A DNA stretch of 32,000 nt from Methanothermobacter thermautotrophicus str. Delta H (GTDB lineage: Archaea > Methanobacteriota > Methanobacteria > Methanobacteriales > Methanothermobacteraceae): NCBI RefSeq assembly GCF_000008645.1, contig NC_000916.1, forward strand, positions 750,001 to 782,000. The letters are read 5' to 3'. This document shows positions 10,599 to 20,432 of the stretch, one piece after another (position 1 is the stretch's first letter; every line of letters starts with the position of its first letter). The position numbers and the translations under genes were made by a program. Below the pieces are notes generated by a model. It was not told the DNA's origin. It worked only from the letters and a program-made list of their open reading frames with translations, and searched no databases.

Positions 10599-11915
10599 TC
10601 AATTCCTCCGGGACCCTGATTCTATGAGAACATCCATTCCCTTGAGGTTGAGGTCAGGAGCCGGGAAGAGAATTTCGCCTCCAGAGTAGACCATCCTCAC
10701 AGCTGCATCCTCCCTCTCAGCCAGGTCCAAGACGGTTATATCCTCATCAACGTGTATCAGTCTCCTTGATGGTATGGATATAACCTCCTCCGGGGCTTCC
10801 ATTGCCAGTTTACCCTCCCTGTGGAGACGGAGGGTTTCTTCAATTATCCTCTCTGAGGCATGACCATCTCCATAGGGGTTTTCTGCCTCCATCATCCTCC
10901 TCCTGAAATCGGGGTCCTCAAGGAGCCTCCTGGCTGTTCCGGTTATCATCTCCCTGTCGGCGCCCACAAGGATATTGCCCCCAGCCTCAACCGTCTCGGG
11001 GCGTTCTGTGTTGTACCTGAGGGTCAGGCAGGGTACGTTGAAGGTTATTGCCTCCTCCTGGAGTCCCCCTGAATCTGTGAGTACTATGAATGAATTTGAA
11101 AGAAGAAGAAGGAAGTCAAGGTAGCCCATTGGTTTCATGAGTGTGACGTGGGCTGCATCCTGGAGCATTCTGTAGAGTCCAAATCTTTCAAGGTTCTTCC
11201 TGGTTCTTGGATGGACCGGGAAGACTATCCTGAATTCCTCAAGTTCAAGTATGGCGTCTATTATTGATCCGAGCCTTTCAGGGTTGTCCACGTTCTCTGC
11301 CCTGTGAAGCGTCAGGGCAACAATTCTGTCATCCTCTGAGAACTCTGAGAGGATATCCGATTTCCTTGATGCTATCTCAATGTTCCTGAGGCAGGCGTCA
11401 ACCACCGTGTTTCCTGTGACAAGGATCATCTCTGGATCCACACCCTCCATGAGGAGGTTGATGGCTGATTCCTCTGTTGGGACGTAGTAGAGTTTTGAGC
11501 AGACATCTGCAACCATCCTGTTTATCTCCTCAGGCATGGTCCTGTCAAAGGACCTCAAACCGGCCTCAACATGTCCAACAGGTATGTGGAGTTTGACCGC
11601 TGCCAGTGCCCCTGCAAGGACGGCATTGGTATCCCCCTGGACCATTACAATATCAGGTTCCTCCCTTAAGAGCACTTCCTCCAGACCCCTGAGCATCTCG
11701 GCGGTCATGGCCCCATGACTCCCTGAGCCCACACCTATGTTGTGGTGGGGTGCCGGGAGTTCAAGGTCAATGAAGAACTGATCAGACATCTCATGGTCAT
11801 AGTGCTGACCGGTGTGTATCAGTGAAAATTCCATGCCACGCTTCCTTATCTCATCTATAACAGGGGCCATCTTGATTATCTCTGGTCTTGTCCCTAAAAT
11901 AATCGCAATCTTCAT
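10599..11915 (-). CDS. wecB: UDP-N-acetylglucosamine 2-epimerase with a C-terminal extension
   Basis: [85 protein letters not shown]. Likely ATG at 11915 (track ORF begins 11924). Last ~63 aa lie beyond the catalytic fold. Confidence 0.93.
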   Translation of the reverse strand: MKIAIILGTRPEIIKMAPVIDEIRKRGMEFSLIHTGQHYDHEMSDQFFIDLELPAPHHNIGVGSGSHGAMTAEMLRGLEEVLLREEPDIVMVQGDTNAVLAGALAAVKLHIPVGHVEAGLRSFDRTMPEEINRMVADVCSKLYYVPTEESAINLLMEGVDPEMILVTGNTVVDACLRNIEIASRKSDILSEFSEDDRIVALTLHRAENVDNPERLGSIIDAILELEEFRIVFPVHPRTRKNLERFGLYRMLQDAAHVTLMKPMGYLDFLLLLSNSFIVLTDSGGLQEEAITFNVPCLTLRYNTERPETVEAGGNILVGADREMITGTARRLLEDPDFRRRMMEAENPYGDGHASERIIEETLRLHREGKLAMEAPEEVISIPSRRLIHVDEDITVLDLAEREDAAVRMVYSGGEILFPAPDLNLKGMDVLIESGSRRN

Positions 11916-11935
11916 GTTAACCACTTAAAAGAGTC

Positions 11936-12883
11936 TCATTTATGATTCCTTCTTCGTTGAGCCCTGTACTCGGTTATTACCTTGAGGAGCTCCTCTTCTT
12001 CTTCCTTCTTCCTTTTTTCATTTAATCTGTGTTTCCATTTTTTTATTTCTCTATTTAAATCTTGAGTTTTAACTGACCCGAAATCACCATGCACCCCTAT
12101 ATGGAGTGATCTGACCGGTATAACGGGCACCTCTGCCCCCTCAAATACCTCAAGGGCCTGGTGTGACATCTTATCCTCAGTTATTATTGCCCTTGGCCCC
12201 AGATCAAGGAGTATTCTTGCGGTCTGTGAACCACCCCCTTCCGAGCTCCTGAGAAGCAGCACGTCTCCAGTCTTTATTTTCCATCTGGAGCAAGCCCTCC
12301 GTATTCCATCCCTTGTGAATGTTTCTATGATCTTGATGGGTGTGGTGTCACCAGAGGACTCCATGTCCCTTATCTGGAGGAGGGAGTCGAGGTCCCTTTC
12401 AAGTGCCTCCCTGCGGGATTTTTCATCTGCGTATTTCTTCTGAAGCTTCTCTATAACCTTCAATTTGTGGGAAAGTTCTCTGTTTAAAAGCAGATCCTTT
12501 GAATACTCATACTGGATCCTTTCAAGTTTTTTCTCGAGCCTTGACTTCTCATCCTCCAGTTCCCTTATCTTCCCCAGGAGGGACTTCCTCTCTCTCTTCA
12601 ACCTTTCAATGGTTGATCCCTGGTTTCTTAGCCTTGACCGCTGGGCCCTGATGATCCTCCTGAGCTTCTCAACATCATATCTGTCGCCATGAGACTCCTT
12701 TTCTGAAATTTCCATGGTTTCAGATTCTTCTTCTCCTTTCACTGACCGTATTGCCTCTGCGATGGGTTTTCCCATTATCACAAGGCCCTTGACCCTCAGG
12801 GTATCAGAGGGACTCATACCCGTTTCGCTGGTCTTTCTTTCTATCTGCTTCAGCTTCATTTCATAATGCCTGTAGGCCTTCAC
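11936..12883 (-). pseudogene. C-terminal part of a DUF460 protein (coiled coil plus C-terminal domain), separated from its N-terminal part by an apparent 1-nt frameshift
   Basis: 315 aa; long coiled coil (RRIIRAQRSRLRNQGSTIERLKRERKSLLGKIRELEDEK...). Restoring frame at 12892-12894 gives ...ERDALAAAVKAYRHYEMKLKQIERK. Confidence 0.7.
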
Positions 12884-13283
12884 GGCAGCTGCCCAGGGCG
12901 TCCCTTTCGTGTGAGTTTTCAGGTGTGAGATCTGTTTCCCTCAGGAACTCTGATACCAGTTCATTCTTGAAGGATATGGTCATGACCCTTTCAGGTGTGT
13001 AGAGCCTTGCATTGAGCATTGAAGCTATCCTCTTCACTGCGCTGGGGGCCGGATGGACGTCCGATGCTACTATAACAGGTTTTCCGTGTTCGATTATCCT
13101 TTCAATTATATCGGACCTTGCCGCCTCCTTCATGCTTCCAAGGTGGAGGAGTCTCCCCTCAAGGTCAACCAGGGCAAGGCCGACTGTGTGACCGGGGTCA
13201 ATACCTGCTATCGTGAGGGGCTTTATCTCCACACCTTGCTTTCTCTTCTTATGCAGATTATGATCCTCCAGAACTGTATCCAT
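12861..13283 (-). pseudogene. N-terminal RNase H-like domain of the same DUF460 protein
   Basis: TIAGIDPGHTVGLALVDLEGRLLHLGSMKEA..., ...ASDVHPAPSAVKRIASMLNARLYTPERVMTISFKNELVSEF...NSHERDAL, then out-of-frame tail GSCREGLQAL-stop. Confidence 0.7.
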
Positions 13284-13536
13284 CAGTATAACTGTATATT
13301 TAATAAATTACTTACAGTTTTTGATGAATTCAGGGTATGAACCATGCCCTGGATGACACCGGTACAACGAGCTACTCCACTGGGACCTCATGGGAACGCT
13401 GACCACTCCGGGCTGATGACAGGGATGTAAAGGAGCCACTTCCACAGGGACGAACACACCGGGGTAATGGAGCATGAACACCTGGATCCGGAGAATATGT
13501 TGCCACAGTGGCAGACCTGCGAGGGCTGCTTCTTAA

Positions 13537-14364
13537 TCAGTCAAGCTCATGTTCCTGCAGATCCCTCAGGTGATCACTCATAGCTCTCCTTACCATGCTC
13601 ATCTCCCGATATACCTTGAATTCCTCTTCAAGCAGGGATATGAACCGTTTAAACGCATATTCATCATGTCTGAGTTTTATCTTAACCCCATATTTGAGAT
13701 CCATGAGGATGAGGTTCTCGGGGGGCATGGGCTCCAGAAACACCCTCCGGTCAGTATCCAGGAGCCCGGCCATGTCATCAGGAGCAAGCTCCCCTTCAGA
13801 TACCATTAAGAGAGCCCTGACCATCTTACGGACCATCTGCCAGAGGAAACTCTCACCGTAGACATCGATAATGATGGAATCACCGACCTCGGATATCCTG
13901 ACATCATTTATCCTTCTTACAGGGTCCCTGTCGCTCCTCCTTGAGAAGTTGCTGAAGTCATGGGTACCCCTGAAGTGGGCTGCTGCTTCGGCCATTGAAT
14001 ATGTATCCATGGACTCCTCCCGGTGCAGTATGTACCTGTAGTGCCTCTCCAGAGGGTACCTTACCTTGAAGGGGTACATGACCGATGCCCACGCGAGAAC
14101 CCGTATATCCCTGGGAAGGAGGTCGTTGATCTGGTTCACATGAATATCCTCCTCTGTGAAAAAGCTCACAAAATTTCCCAGTGCATGGACGCCCCTGTCG
14201 GTTCTGCCGGCTATCTGGAATCGTGCCCTTTTTGGATCCTCAATGATACCTGCCCCCTCCAGGGCCTCCAGGAGTTTTCCCTCAACCGTTGGGACGTCTG
14301 GCTGTCTCTGGAATCCATGATAATTTGTACCTATGTATGCAACCTTCAGAGCTATCTTCCTCAT
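13537..14364 (-). CDS. truA: tRNA pseudouridine(38-40) synthase TruA
   Basis: 275 aa; KVAYIGTNYHGFQRQPDVPTVEGKLLEAL, FQIAGRTDRGVHALGNFVSF (catalytic Asp), FLWQMVRKMVRALLMVSEG. Confidence 0.94.
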   Translation of the reverse strand: MRKIALKVAYIGTNYHGFQRQPDVPTVEGKLLEALEGAGIIEDPKRARFQIAGRTDRGVHALGNFVSFFTEEDIHVNQINDLLPRDIRVLAWASVMYPFKVRYPLERHYRYILHREESMDTYSMAEAAAHFRGTHDFSNFSRRSDRDPVRRINDVRISEVGDSIIIDVYGESFLWQMVRKMVRALLMVSEGELAPDDMAGLLDTDRRVFLEPMPPENLILMDLKYGVKIKLRHDEYAFKRFISLLEEEFKVYREMSMVRRAMSDHLRDLQEHELD

Positions 14365-14546
14365 AGGATCACCTGGTGTGGAGATAAGAGAAACCTGTAG
14401 TTAGAAGAAGTAATATAATTTCTCAGATGTTGAGTTATCCCGGTGAGCTTCAAGGTTGCCGGGTAATCCTTTATTTAGTGGGTCATCACTTATATCTTAT
14501 ACCCACCACCATATCTATGTGTGGGTGTCCTGAGGAAGGTGCATAT

Positions 14547-15458
14547 ATGCGCAGACTGTGGGGTTATATCAGTATTATAACTGCAACGATTTTCTTTGGT
14601 ATCTCTGCAACACTTGATAAGATAATGCTCTCCAGCATGCATCCTGTGACCATCGGGGCCTACACCTACATAATTGCCGGAATCTTCCTCTTCTTCATAA
14701 GGGAAACCCCCCTTCGGGAGCATGTCCTTAACGCCATAAACAGAAAAGGTGAAAGCGAAGCCAGGATAAAAAGGAATGATTACCTGATTCTTCTTCTTAC
14801 AGCACTCCTGAGTACTGTGATAGCACCTCTCCTCTTCCTCACAGGACTGGGGGATACCACAGCGGTTAACGCATCACTCATACTGAACGTTGAGGTTCTC
14901 TTCATTATTTTACTGGGCTACCTAATTTTCAGGGAGACCCTTCAGCTGAAGGATTTCCTGGGGATAGTCCTCATCATACTGGGTGCTGTGTACCTCTTAA
15001 CTGAGGGTGATTTCAGTACCATTCTACGGAACGTTGCTGTTACCGGAAATTTCCTTGTGATGGCGGCAGCGTTCTTCTGGAGCCTTGACACCGTCCTGAG
15101 CAAGTTTTTAAGCAGAAAAAGGGACCTTATATTTATATCTGGGGTTAAAAGCTCTGTTGGGGGCTTTGTGCTCCTTATAATCATGCTTATTCTTGGTATA
15201 AACACTGAACTTCCCCTTGAAATGCTCCCCTATGCACTCGGGGTTTCAGTCTTCAGCATTGGCTGCTCCTTCATACTCATCTACATCGCAATAAGGGAGA
15301 TAGGTGCTTCCATGGTCGGAGCCCTTTTTCCATTATCATCTCTTTTCGGGGCAATATTCGCATTTATAATCCTCAGAGAGCCATTCTCGATCATGCAGGG
15401 AATTTCAGGGATTGTGATGCTTACAGGGGTCTTCATACTCTACTGGAACGGTAAGTAA
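14547..15458 (+). CDS. EamA/DMT-family transporter
   Basis: In-frame ATG at 14547 preceded by GAGGAAGGTG; about ten TM segments in two EamA-like repeats (MRRLWGYISIITATIFFGISATLDKIML...; ...FLVMAAAFFWSLDTVLSKFLSRKRD). Confidence 0.87.
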   Translation: MRRLWGYISIITATIFFGISATLDKIMLSSMHPVTIGAYTYIIAGIFLFFIRETPLREHVLNAINRKGESEARIKRNDYLILLLTALLSTVIAPLLFLTGLGDTTAVNASLILNVEVLFIILLGYLIFRETLQLKDFLGIVLIILGAVYLLTEGDFSTILRNVAVTGNFLVMAAAFFWSLDTVLSKFLSRKRDLIFISGVKSSVGGFVLLIIMLILGINTELPLEMLPYALGVSVFSIGCSFILIYIAIREIGASMVGALFPLSSLFGAIFAFIILREPFSIMQGISGIVMLTGVFILYWNGK

Positions 15459-15534
15459 GCTTATGTCCTGGAAAACTGAAATGTAATAAAGATCAGTGCC
15501 CCCTGAAAAAAGTGAAGAGAAATGAATCTGATCT

Positions 15535-16116
15535 CTATATCCTGGCTCTCACATCAAACTGACAGAAGGAGTAACCATTGGTCCAGCAGCGTCTCTCATA
15601 TGCATCTGCATCACAGCCAAGTATCTCAGAGAGGGCACCAGCAATTATACCTGCCTCAAAGAAGCATATTGGGTGTCCTATATTTGGAAGACCGGCACAT
15701 TCAATGCACTCATAGACCCTCACATCCATCCTGATGTATTTATCATCCTCCCATTCAGAGGCAACATCAAGAATGCCCAGTTTCTGGTCAAGCATGAACT
15801 CTGCAAGTGAGTGGATGTCATCAGCCAGACCCTCAGATATGAGGGCCTTTCCGAGATTAAGGCCTCCGATGTAGGAAACACCGGCTGCTGAACCTGAAAT
15901 TATATCTGGAATGTTGAAGTGTCCCATGCGGAAGCTTGCAACGTAAGTCCCATCATCTTCAAATCGGGAGAAGAACATTCTCTCCGGCCTAAAAATATCT
16001 TTAAGTTCTATATTATCCTTAATAGGCTCTCTGGGACCGATTCCAGTTCTTTCACTCATTATCTCATCGTCTGTGGTTCTCCGGTATTCCTCAATGATGG
16101 CCCCGATATTCTCCAT
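15535..16116 (-). CDS. V4R-domain protein
   Basis: 193 aa; C-terminal [56 protein letters not shown] matches V4R domain pattern. Confidence 0.78.
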   Translation of the reverse strand: MENIGAIIEEYRRTTDDEIMSERTGIGPREPIKDNIELKDIFRPERMFFSRFEDDGTYVASFRMGHFNIPDIISGSAAGVSYIGGLNLGKALISEGLADDIHSLAEFMLDQKLGILDVASEWEDDKYIRMDVRVYECIECAGLPNIGHPICFFEAGIIAGALSEILGCDADAYERRCWTNGYSFCQFDVRARI

Positions 16117-16262
16117 TGCACACCACCTTCACCTTCCATTTATATCCATGGATACTTAAATATCTTAAAGGAGGGGAAGGAAATTTTAAATATCTTCATC
16201 AGGAAAACCCCAAACAGGAGATTACTGACAGCAGTGATAAAATGAGCTTTTGGAAGGACAGA

Positions 16263-16982
16263 ATGCTTATAATACCGGCCGTGGATATAAAGGATGGAAA
16301 ATGTGTTCAGCTTGTTCAGGGAAAACCCGGTACGGAGCAGGTCGTGCTTGATGATCCTGCCGGAGTTGCTGGAAGGTGGGAATCCCTGGGGGCTGAAACA
16401 ATCCATGTTGTGGACCTTGATGGGGCCCTTGGTCTTGAGAAGAATACAGGTATACTGAAGGAGATCACAGAGAGAGTTTCAGTGCCCCTCCAGATAGGTG
16501 GAGGTATAAGGAGTAGAGAATATGCAGGGAAACTCCTTGATATGGGCTTTGAGAGGGTTATACTGGGCACCATGGCCATAGAAAATCCGGCCATCGTTGA
16601 GGAACTTGCAGGTGAATACGGATCGGAACGCATAATGGTCTCACTTGATAGCAGGGACTCACGGGTTGTTATAAGGGGATGGACAGAGAAGGTCCCCTTC
16701 ACAGCAGAGGAGATGGCCAGGAAATTCCAGGAGAGGGGAGCTGGTAGCATACTCTTTACCAACGTGGACTTCGAGGGTCTTCTCTCAGGATTTGACCTGA
16801 AACCCGTGAGTGAACTTGTGGAGGCAGTTGAGATACCTGTAATCTACTCCGGGGGTGTTAGCAGCCTAAATGACCTGAGGATGCTGCAGGGGACCGGTGT
16901 AATGGGGGTCGTTATAGGATCAGCCATCTACAGGGGCCTCATAGACCTCACCGAGGCCCTCAAATATCAGGACCTTAAATGA
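16263..16982 (+). CDS. hisA: 1-(5-phosphoribosyl)-5-[(5-phosphoribosylamino)methylideneamino]imidazole-4-carboxamide isomerase
   Basis: [62 protein letters not shown]. Start set at ATG 16263 (track ORF starts 16116). Confidence 0.94.
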   Translation: MLIIPAVDIKDGKCVQLVQGKPGTEQVVLDDPAGVAGRWESLGAETIHVVDLDGALGLEKNTGILKEITERVSVPLQIGGGIRSREYAGKLLDMGFERVILGTMAIENPAIVEELAGEYGSERIMVSLDSRDSRVVIRGWTEKVPFTAEEMARKFQERGAGSILFTNVDFEGLLSGFDLKPVSELVEAVEIPVIYSGGVSSLNDLRMLQGTGVMGVVIGSAIYRGLIDLTEALKYQDLK

Positions 16983-17004
16983 ACACCTTCAGCAGGATGA
17001 TAAA

Positions 17005-17460
17005 ATGAAGACAGTTATGGCAACAGGCACCTTTGACATAATACACCCCGGACATGGGTTCTTCCTTGAGGAGGCCAGGAAACTTGGTGGGGAGGACGCC
17101 AGGCTGGTGGTTGTCCTTGCAAGGGACTCCACAGTCAGGGCCCGCAAGAGAACCCCCATAGTCGGTGAGAAACAGAGGCTTGAGGTTGTCAGGATGCTGA
17201 AGCCTGTTGATGAGGCCTACCTTGGCAGTGAGACCGATATGTTTGAGATAGTGCACCGTATAAAACCTGACATCATCGCCATTGGCCCCGATCAGAAGTT
17301 TGATGTTGATGAGCTGCGTGATGAGCTCAGGAGGAGGGGCCTTGGATGTGAGGTCAGGAGGATAGAGAAGTACAGGGACGCTGAACTTGACAGCACCTGC
17401 AAGATAATTAAAAGGATCCGCAGCATGGAATTCGATGAGGACTCACTTAAAAACTGTTGA
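17005..17460 (+). CDS. ribL: FAD synthetase, archaeal cytidylyltransferase family
   Basis: 151 aa; [41 protein letters not shown]..., [26 protein letters not shown]. Confidence 0.87.
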   Translation: MKTVMATGTFDIIHPGHGFFLEEARKLGGEDARLVVVLARDSTVRARKRTPIVGEKQRLEVVRMLKPVDEAYLGSETDMFEIVHRIKPDIIAIGPDQKFDVDELRDELRRRGLGCEVRRIEKYRDAELDSTCKIIKRIRSMEFDEDSLKNC

Positions 17461-17527
17461 TGGTGAAGCAGAGATAGTGCCTCGATTTTTAAGCTGCAAA
17501 ATAAAAAAAATAAGTTATTTTTGAAGA

Positions 17528-18379
17528 TCAGAATGGTAGCTCTGCGTAAACGCCCTTTATAAATGCACTGGACCTGTCCCAGTTATTCACTGTTCCCAGG
17601 GCATTTGAGAAACTTGTTGCATCGGCGTCATACCATCTTCCATTGACGTACAGCTGTCCCCAGACGTGTCCATAGGTGTTACCGCTCCTGAATACACAGT
17701 TACCATGCATGTACCTTGCGGGTATGCCTGATGCCCTGGCAAGGGCAACAAGAAGGTGTGTATGGTCGCAGCAATTTGCTGATCCACTGTGGAGTGTACC
17801 AACGGCGCCTTTACGTGTATTGTAGTAGAAACTGTAGTCTATGCTGTCACGGACCCAGTTAAAGATCCTTACCGCCTTATCATAGGTTGAGTTACAGCCT
17901 GATGTGAGGTTACTGCTTAGAGAAGAGATCTCCTCATCCGAAACCTGGCAGTTATCGGTTTCCTTCAGATAATCAGAGAGTTCAGCGTATCCGACCCTTG
18001 TAACCTTTCTGTATCGTGTCTCGGTAACCCAGCGGTAGGTCTTTTTGTACCGGGTCACATAGGTGTAGGCATAGGTGTAACGGACCCTGTATTTCCCCTT
18101 CCGGTAGTAGTAGGTCCTGGTGGCCTTTTTAACCTTCACCCTGTAGGGCTTAAGGTAGGATACCTTCACCCGCACCTTATAGGGGACGTATTCATGGTAG
18201 GTGTAGTTCACTGTGGTCGATGCTGATGCCTTTGTATATGCAGCACTTGTGTTTCCGGTTGTACTGGATGTTAGATTTGATTCAGCTGCATTCACATCTC
18301 CAGCAGGCAGTACCACTACTCCGAGAAGCAGCAGTAATGCAAGTATCGAGTGACGCTTAATTTTACCGCCTCCATTCAT
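17528..18379 (-). CDS. Secreted transglutaminase-fold cysteine protease-like protein; candidate pseudomurein endopeptidase
   Basis: 283 aa; signal peptide ([24 protein letters not shown]), Tyr/Lys/Arg-rich linker, then [55 protein letters not shown]...[20 protein letters not shown] with Cys-His-Asp triad. Confidence 0.82.
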   Translation of the reverse strand: MNGGGKIKRHSILALLLLLGVVVLPAGDVNAAESNLTSSTTGNTSAAYTKASASTTVNYTYHEYVPYKVRVKVSYLKPYRVKVKKATRTYYYRKGKYRVRYTYAYTYVTRYKKTYRWVTETRYRKVTRVGYAELSDYLKETDNCQVSDEEISSLSSNLTSGCNSTYDKAVRIFNWVRDSIDYSFYYNTRKGAVGTLHSGSANCCDHTHLLVALARASGIPARYMHGNCVFRSGNTYGHVWGQLYVNGRWYDADATSFSNALGTVNNWDRSSAFIKGVYAELPF

Positions 18380-18449
18380 GGGGAAGATATCCCCATGGAC
18401 AGTTAAAGGTTGTCCATGAAATACTTATAAATTTTGGTGGCCACGACCG

Positions 18450-18537
18450 GGTCAGTGATGGACATTATATGGGTGGGAGGCCCCACCATACCCTCGCAGA
18501 CTATCCAGAGTACCCAGGTCAGTGATGGACATTATAT
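18450..18537. repeat. Two copies of a 21-nt direct repeat in the argC upstream region
   Basis: GGTCAGTGATGGACATTATAT at 18450-18470 and again at 18517-18537, each followed by GGTGGG-type sequence. Confidence 0.92.
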
Positions 18538-18554
18538 AGGTGGGTATAGGTGGG
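18535..18554. repeat. 10-nt tandem duplication
   Basis: TATAGGTGGG x2 (18535-18544, 18545-18554), followed by AGG. Confidence 0.9.
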
Positions 18555-18693
18555 AGGCGTACCGCCGTCACAGGTGATTAGAGGTGGCCGCCAGCACGGA
18601 TTATCATATCAGTTAAGGCATCTAAACCATAACACCTTATTAAATCAGTTCACCAAAGTAATTATCACAGTCAAGTCAATTAAGGTGATCAAG

Positions 18694-19698
18694 ATGATAA
18701 GTGTGGGTATTATCGGAGCCAGTGGATACACTGGAGGTGAACTGCTGCGACTCCTCGAGAACCACAGGGAGGTGGAGGTGGTCTCAGCCACATCGAGGCA
18801 GTACAGTGGTGTTCCCGTGTCGAGGGTGCATCCACACCTCCAGGACACTGACCTGAAGTTTGAAGACGTCGGTGCCGGTGAAATAGACGCGGACCTTGTC
18901 TTCACAGCCACCCCCCACGGGGCCTCAATGAAGATCGTCCCCCAGCTTATAGAGAGGGGTATAAGGGTGGTGGACCTCAGCGGTGACTACCGCTTTGATG
19001 ACACTGAAACCTATGAGGAATGGTATGGAATCAAACACGAAAGCCCCCTCGAAGCGGTTTATGGTCTTCCTGAGATACACAGGGAGGAAATAGCCTCCGC
19101 AGATCTTGTGGCAAATCCTGGCTGTTTCCCGACGGGTGCAATACTTGCATGTCTCCCCCTGGTATATGAGAAGATTGCAGATACATTCATAATCGATTCG
19201 AAGACAGGGGTGAGTGGTGCGGGTGTTAAGCCAACAGCCCTGACCCATTACCCTCACTGCAGTGATAATGTAATTCCCTACAATGTAACAGGCCACAGGC
19301 ATACACCGGAGATAAGGCAGGAACTCTCAAGGCTGAATCCTGTGAGGCTCAGCTTCACACCACACCTCGTCCCGGTGACAAGGGGCATCCTTACAACAGC
19401 CCACACCTTCCTCCTTGAGGACCTGGAGCAGGGCGAAATCGCAGACATATTCATGGGATTCTATGATGGAGAACCCTTTGTAAGGGTTGTTGAGGGTATC
19501 CCTGGGCTCAGTGCAGTCAGGGGCTCCAACTTCTGCCAGATCGGATGCTTTGAGGTTGATGATAATCAGAGGGCTGTTATAGTATCAGCCATAGACAACC
19601 TTGTGAAGGGCGCATCCGGTCAGGCCATCCAGAACATGAACATAATGTTCGGGTTCAGGGAGGTCGAGGGTCTTGATTTCCCCGGGATGTACCCATAG
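18694..19698 (+). CDS. argC: N-acetyl-gamma-glutamyl-phosphate reductase
   Basis: [65 protein letters not shown] 18694 preceded by AAGGTGATC. Confidence 0.94.
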
Positions 19699-19775
19699 CA
19701 CAGGACCGTTATTAAATGGGCAGAAATATATATGATGCCATCAAATCTCATCCCTAGGTGAATAAGCTGAGTGAT

Positions 19776-20276
19776 ATGATGAAAACGTGTGTAATTTATT
19801 ATTCTCGCAGCGGGAACACTGCAATGGTTGCAAGGACCCTTGCAGAGGAACTGAATGCTGATCTTATTGAGATCAGGGACCTTGATGATAGAAAAGGATT
19901 CATGAGCAGTTTCAGATCATCCATAGATGCCCTTCGAGAGTCAAAGACACCAATCAAGCCCGAAAAGGTCGACCTTTCAGGTTACGACCTTGTATACCTT
20001 GGAACACCCACCTGGGCAGGTAAACCCGCCCCCGCAATAATAACACTCATAGACAGGGTGGATTTCCTTGGAAAGGACGTGATACTTTTCACCACCATGA
20101 GCCGGCAGGGAGGTGAGGGTGCGATAGAGCGAATGGCAGAGAAGATAGGAGCACGGGGAGGAAGGATCATAAATTTCTTCATCCAGAAAACCGCGGGCAA
20201 AGAACTCATCCAGGTGAGGGAGGATACCCTCAGAACAATCAATGAGAAGGACCTGAAGATATACGAAGCCAGGTGA
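19776..20276 (+). CDS. Flavodoxin-like protein
   Basis: MMKTCVIYYSRSGNTAMVARTLAEELNADLIEI; DLVYLGTPTWAGKPAPAIITLIDRV. Start could be 19758 (GTG), 19776 or 19779. Confidence 0.87.
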   Translation: MMKTCVIYYSRSGNTAMVARTLAEELNADLIEIRDLDDRKGFMSSFRSSIDALRESKTPIKPEKVDLSGYDLVYLGTPTWAGKPAPAIITLIDRVDFLGKDVILFTTMSRQGGEGAIERMAEKIGARGGRIINFFIQKTAGKELIQVREDTLRTINEKDLKIYEAR

Positions 20277-20315
20277 TCTATTTGACAGATGGGAGAAACT
20301 TTAAAGGTGATCGTC

Positions 20316-20432
20316 TTGATTGACCGCATTTTAAAGTCATACAGGCCACTCATAGCCATACCAGCAGCCATAACTGTAATTGCGCTACTTCTCGTTGTCT
20401 TCAATGGACTCAACGAGAGTCGTGGACCTTAA
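20316..20432 (+). pseudogene. secF: SecF N-terminal fragment (first TM helix), out of frame with the rest of SecF
   Basis: TTG at 20316 preceded by AAAGGTGAT: (M)[34 protein letters not shown], then frame ends RGP-stop at 20430-20432; shifted by one base it continues [15 protein letters not shown]. Confidence 0.75.

Noticed and set aside
14427-14546. N-terminal 40 residues of the track ORF for the EamA transporter
   Set aside because: An ATG at 14547 with an adjacent RBS-like GAGGAAGGTG starts directly at the first TM helix; the upstream part is not transporter-like.
17528-18379. Provirus remnant explanation for the C71-like gene
   Set aside because: No phage structural, integrase or att-like features nearby; flanking genes (ribL, argC) are core metabolism. 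Not formally excluded without comparative genomics.
18440-18560. Two spaced repeats considered as a minimal CRISPR array
   Set aside because: Only two copies, no dyad within the 21-nt repeat, no cas genes in the window, and the copies diverge into different tails.
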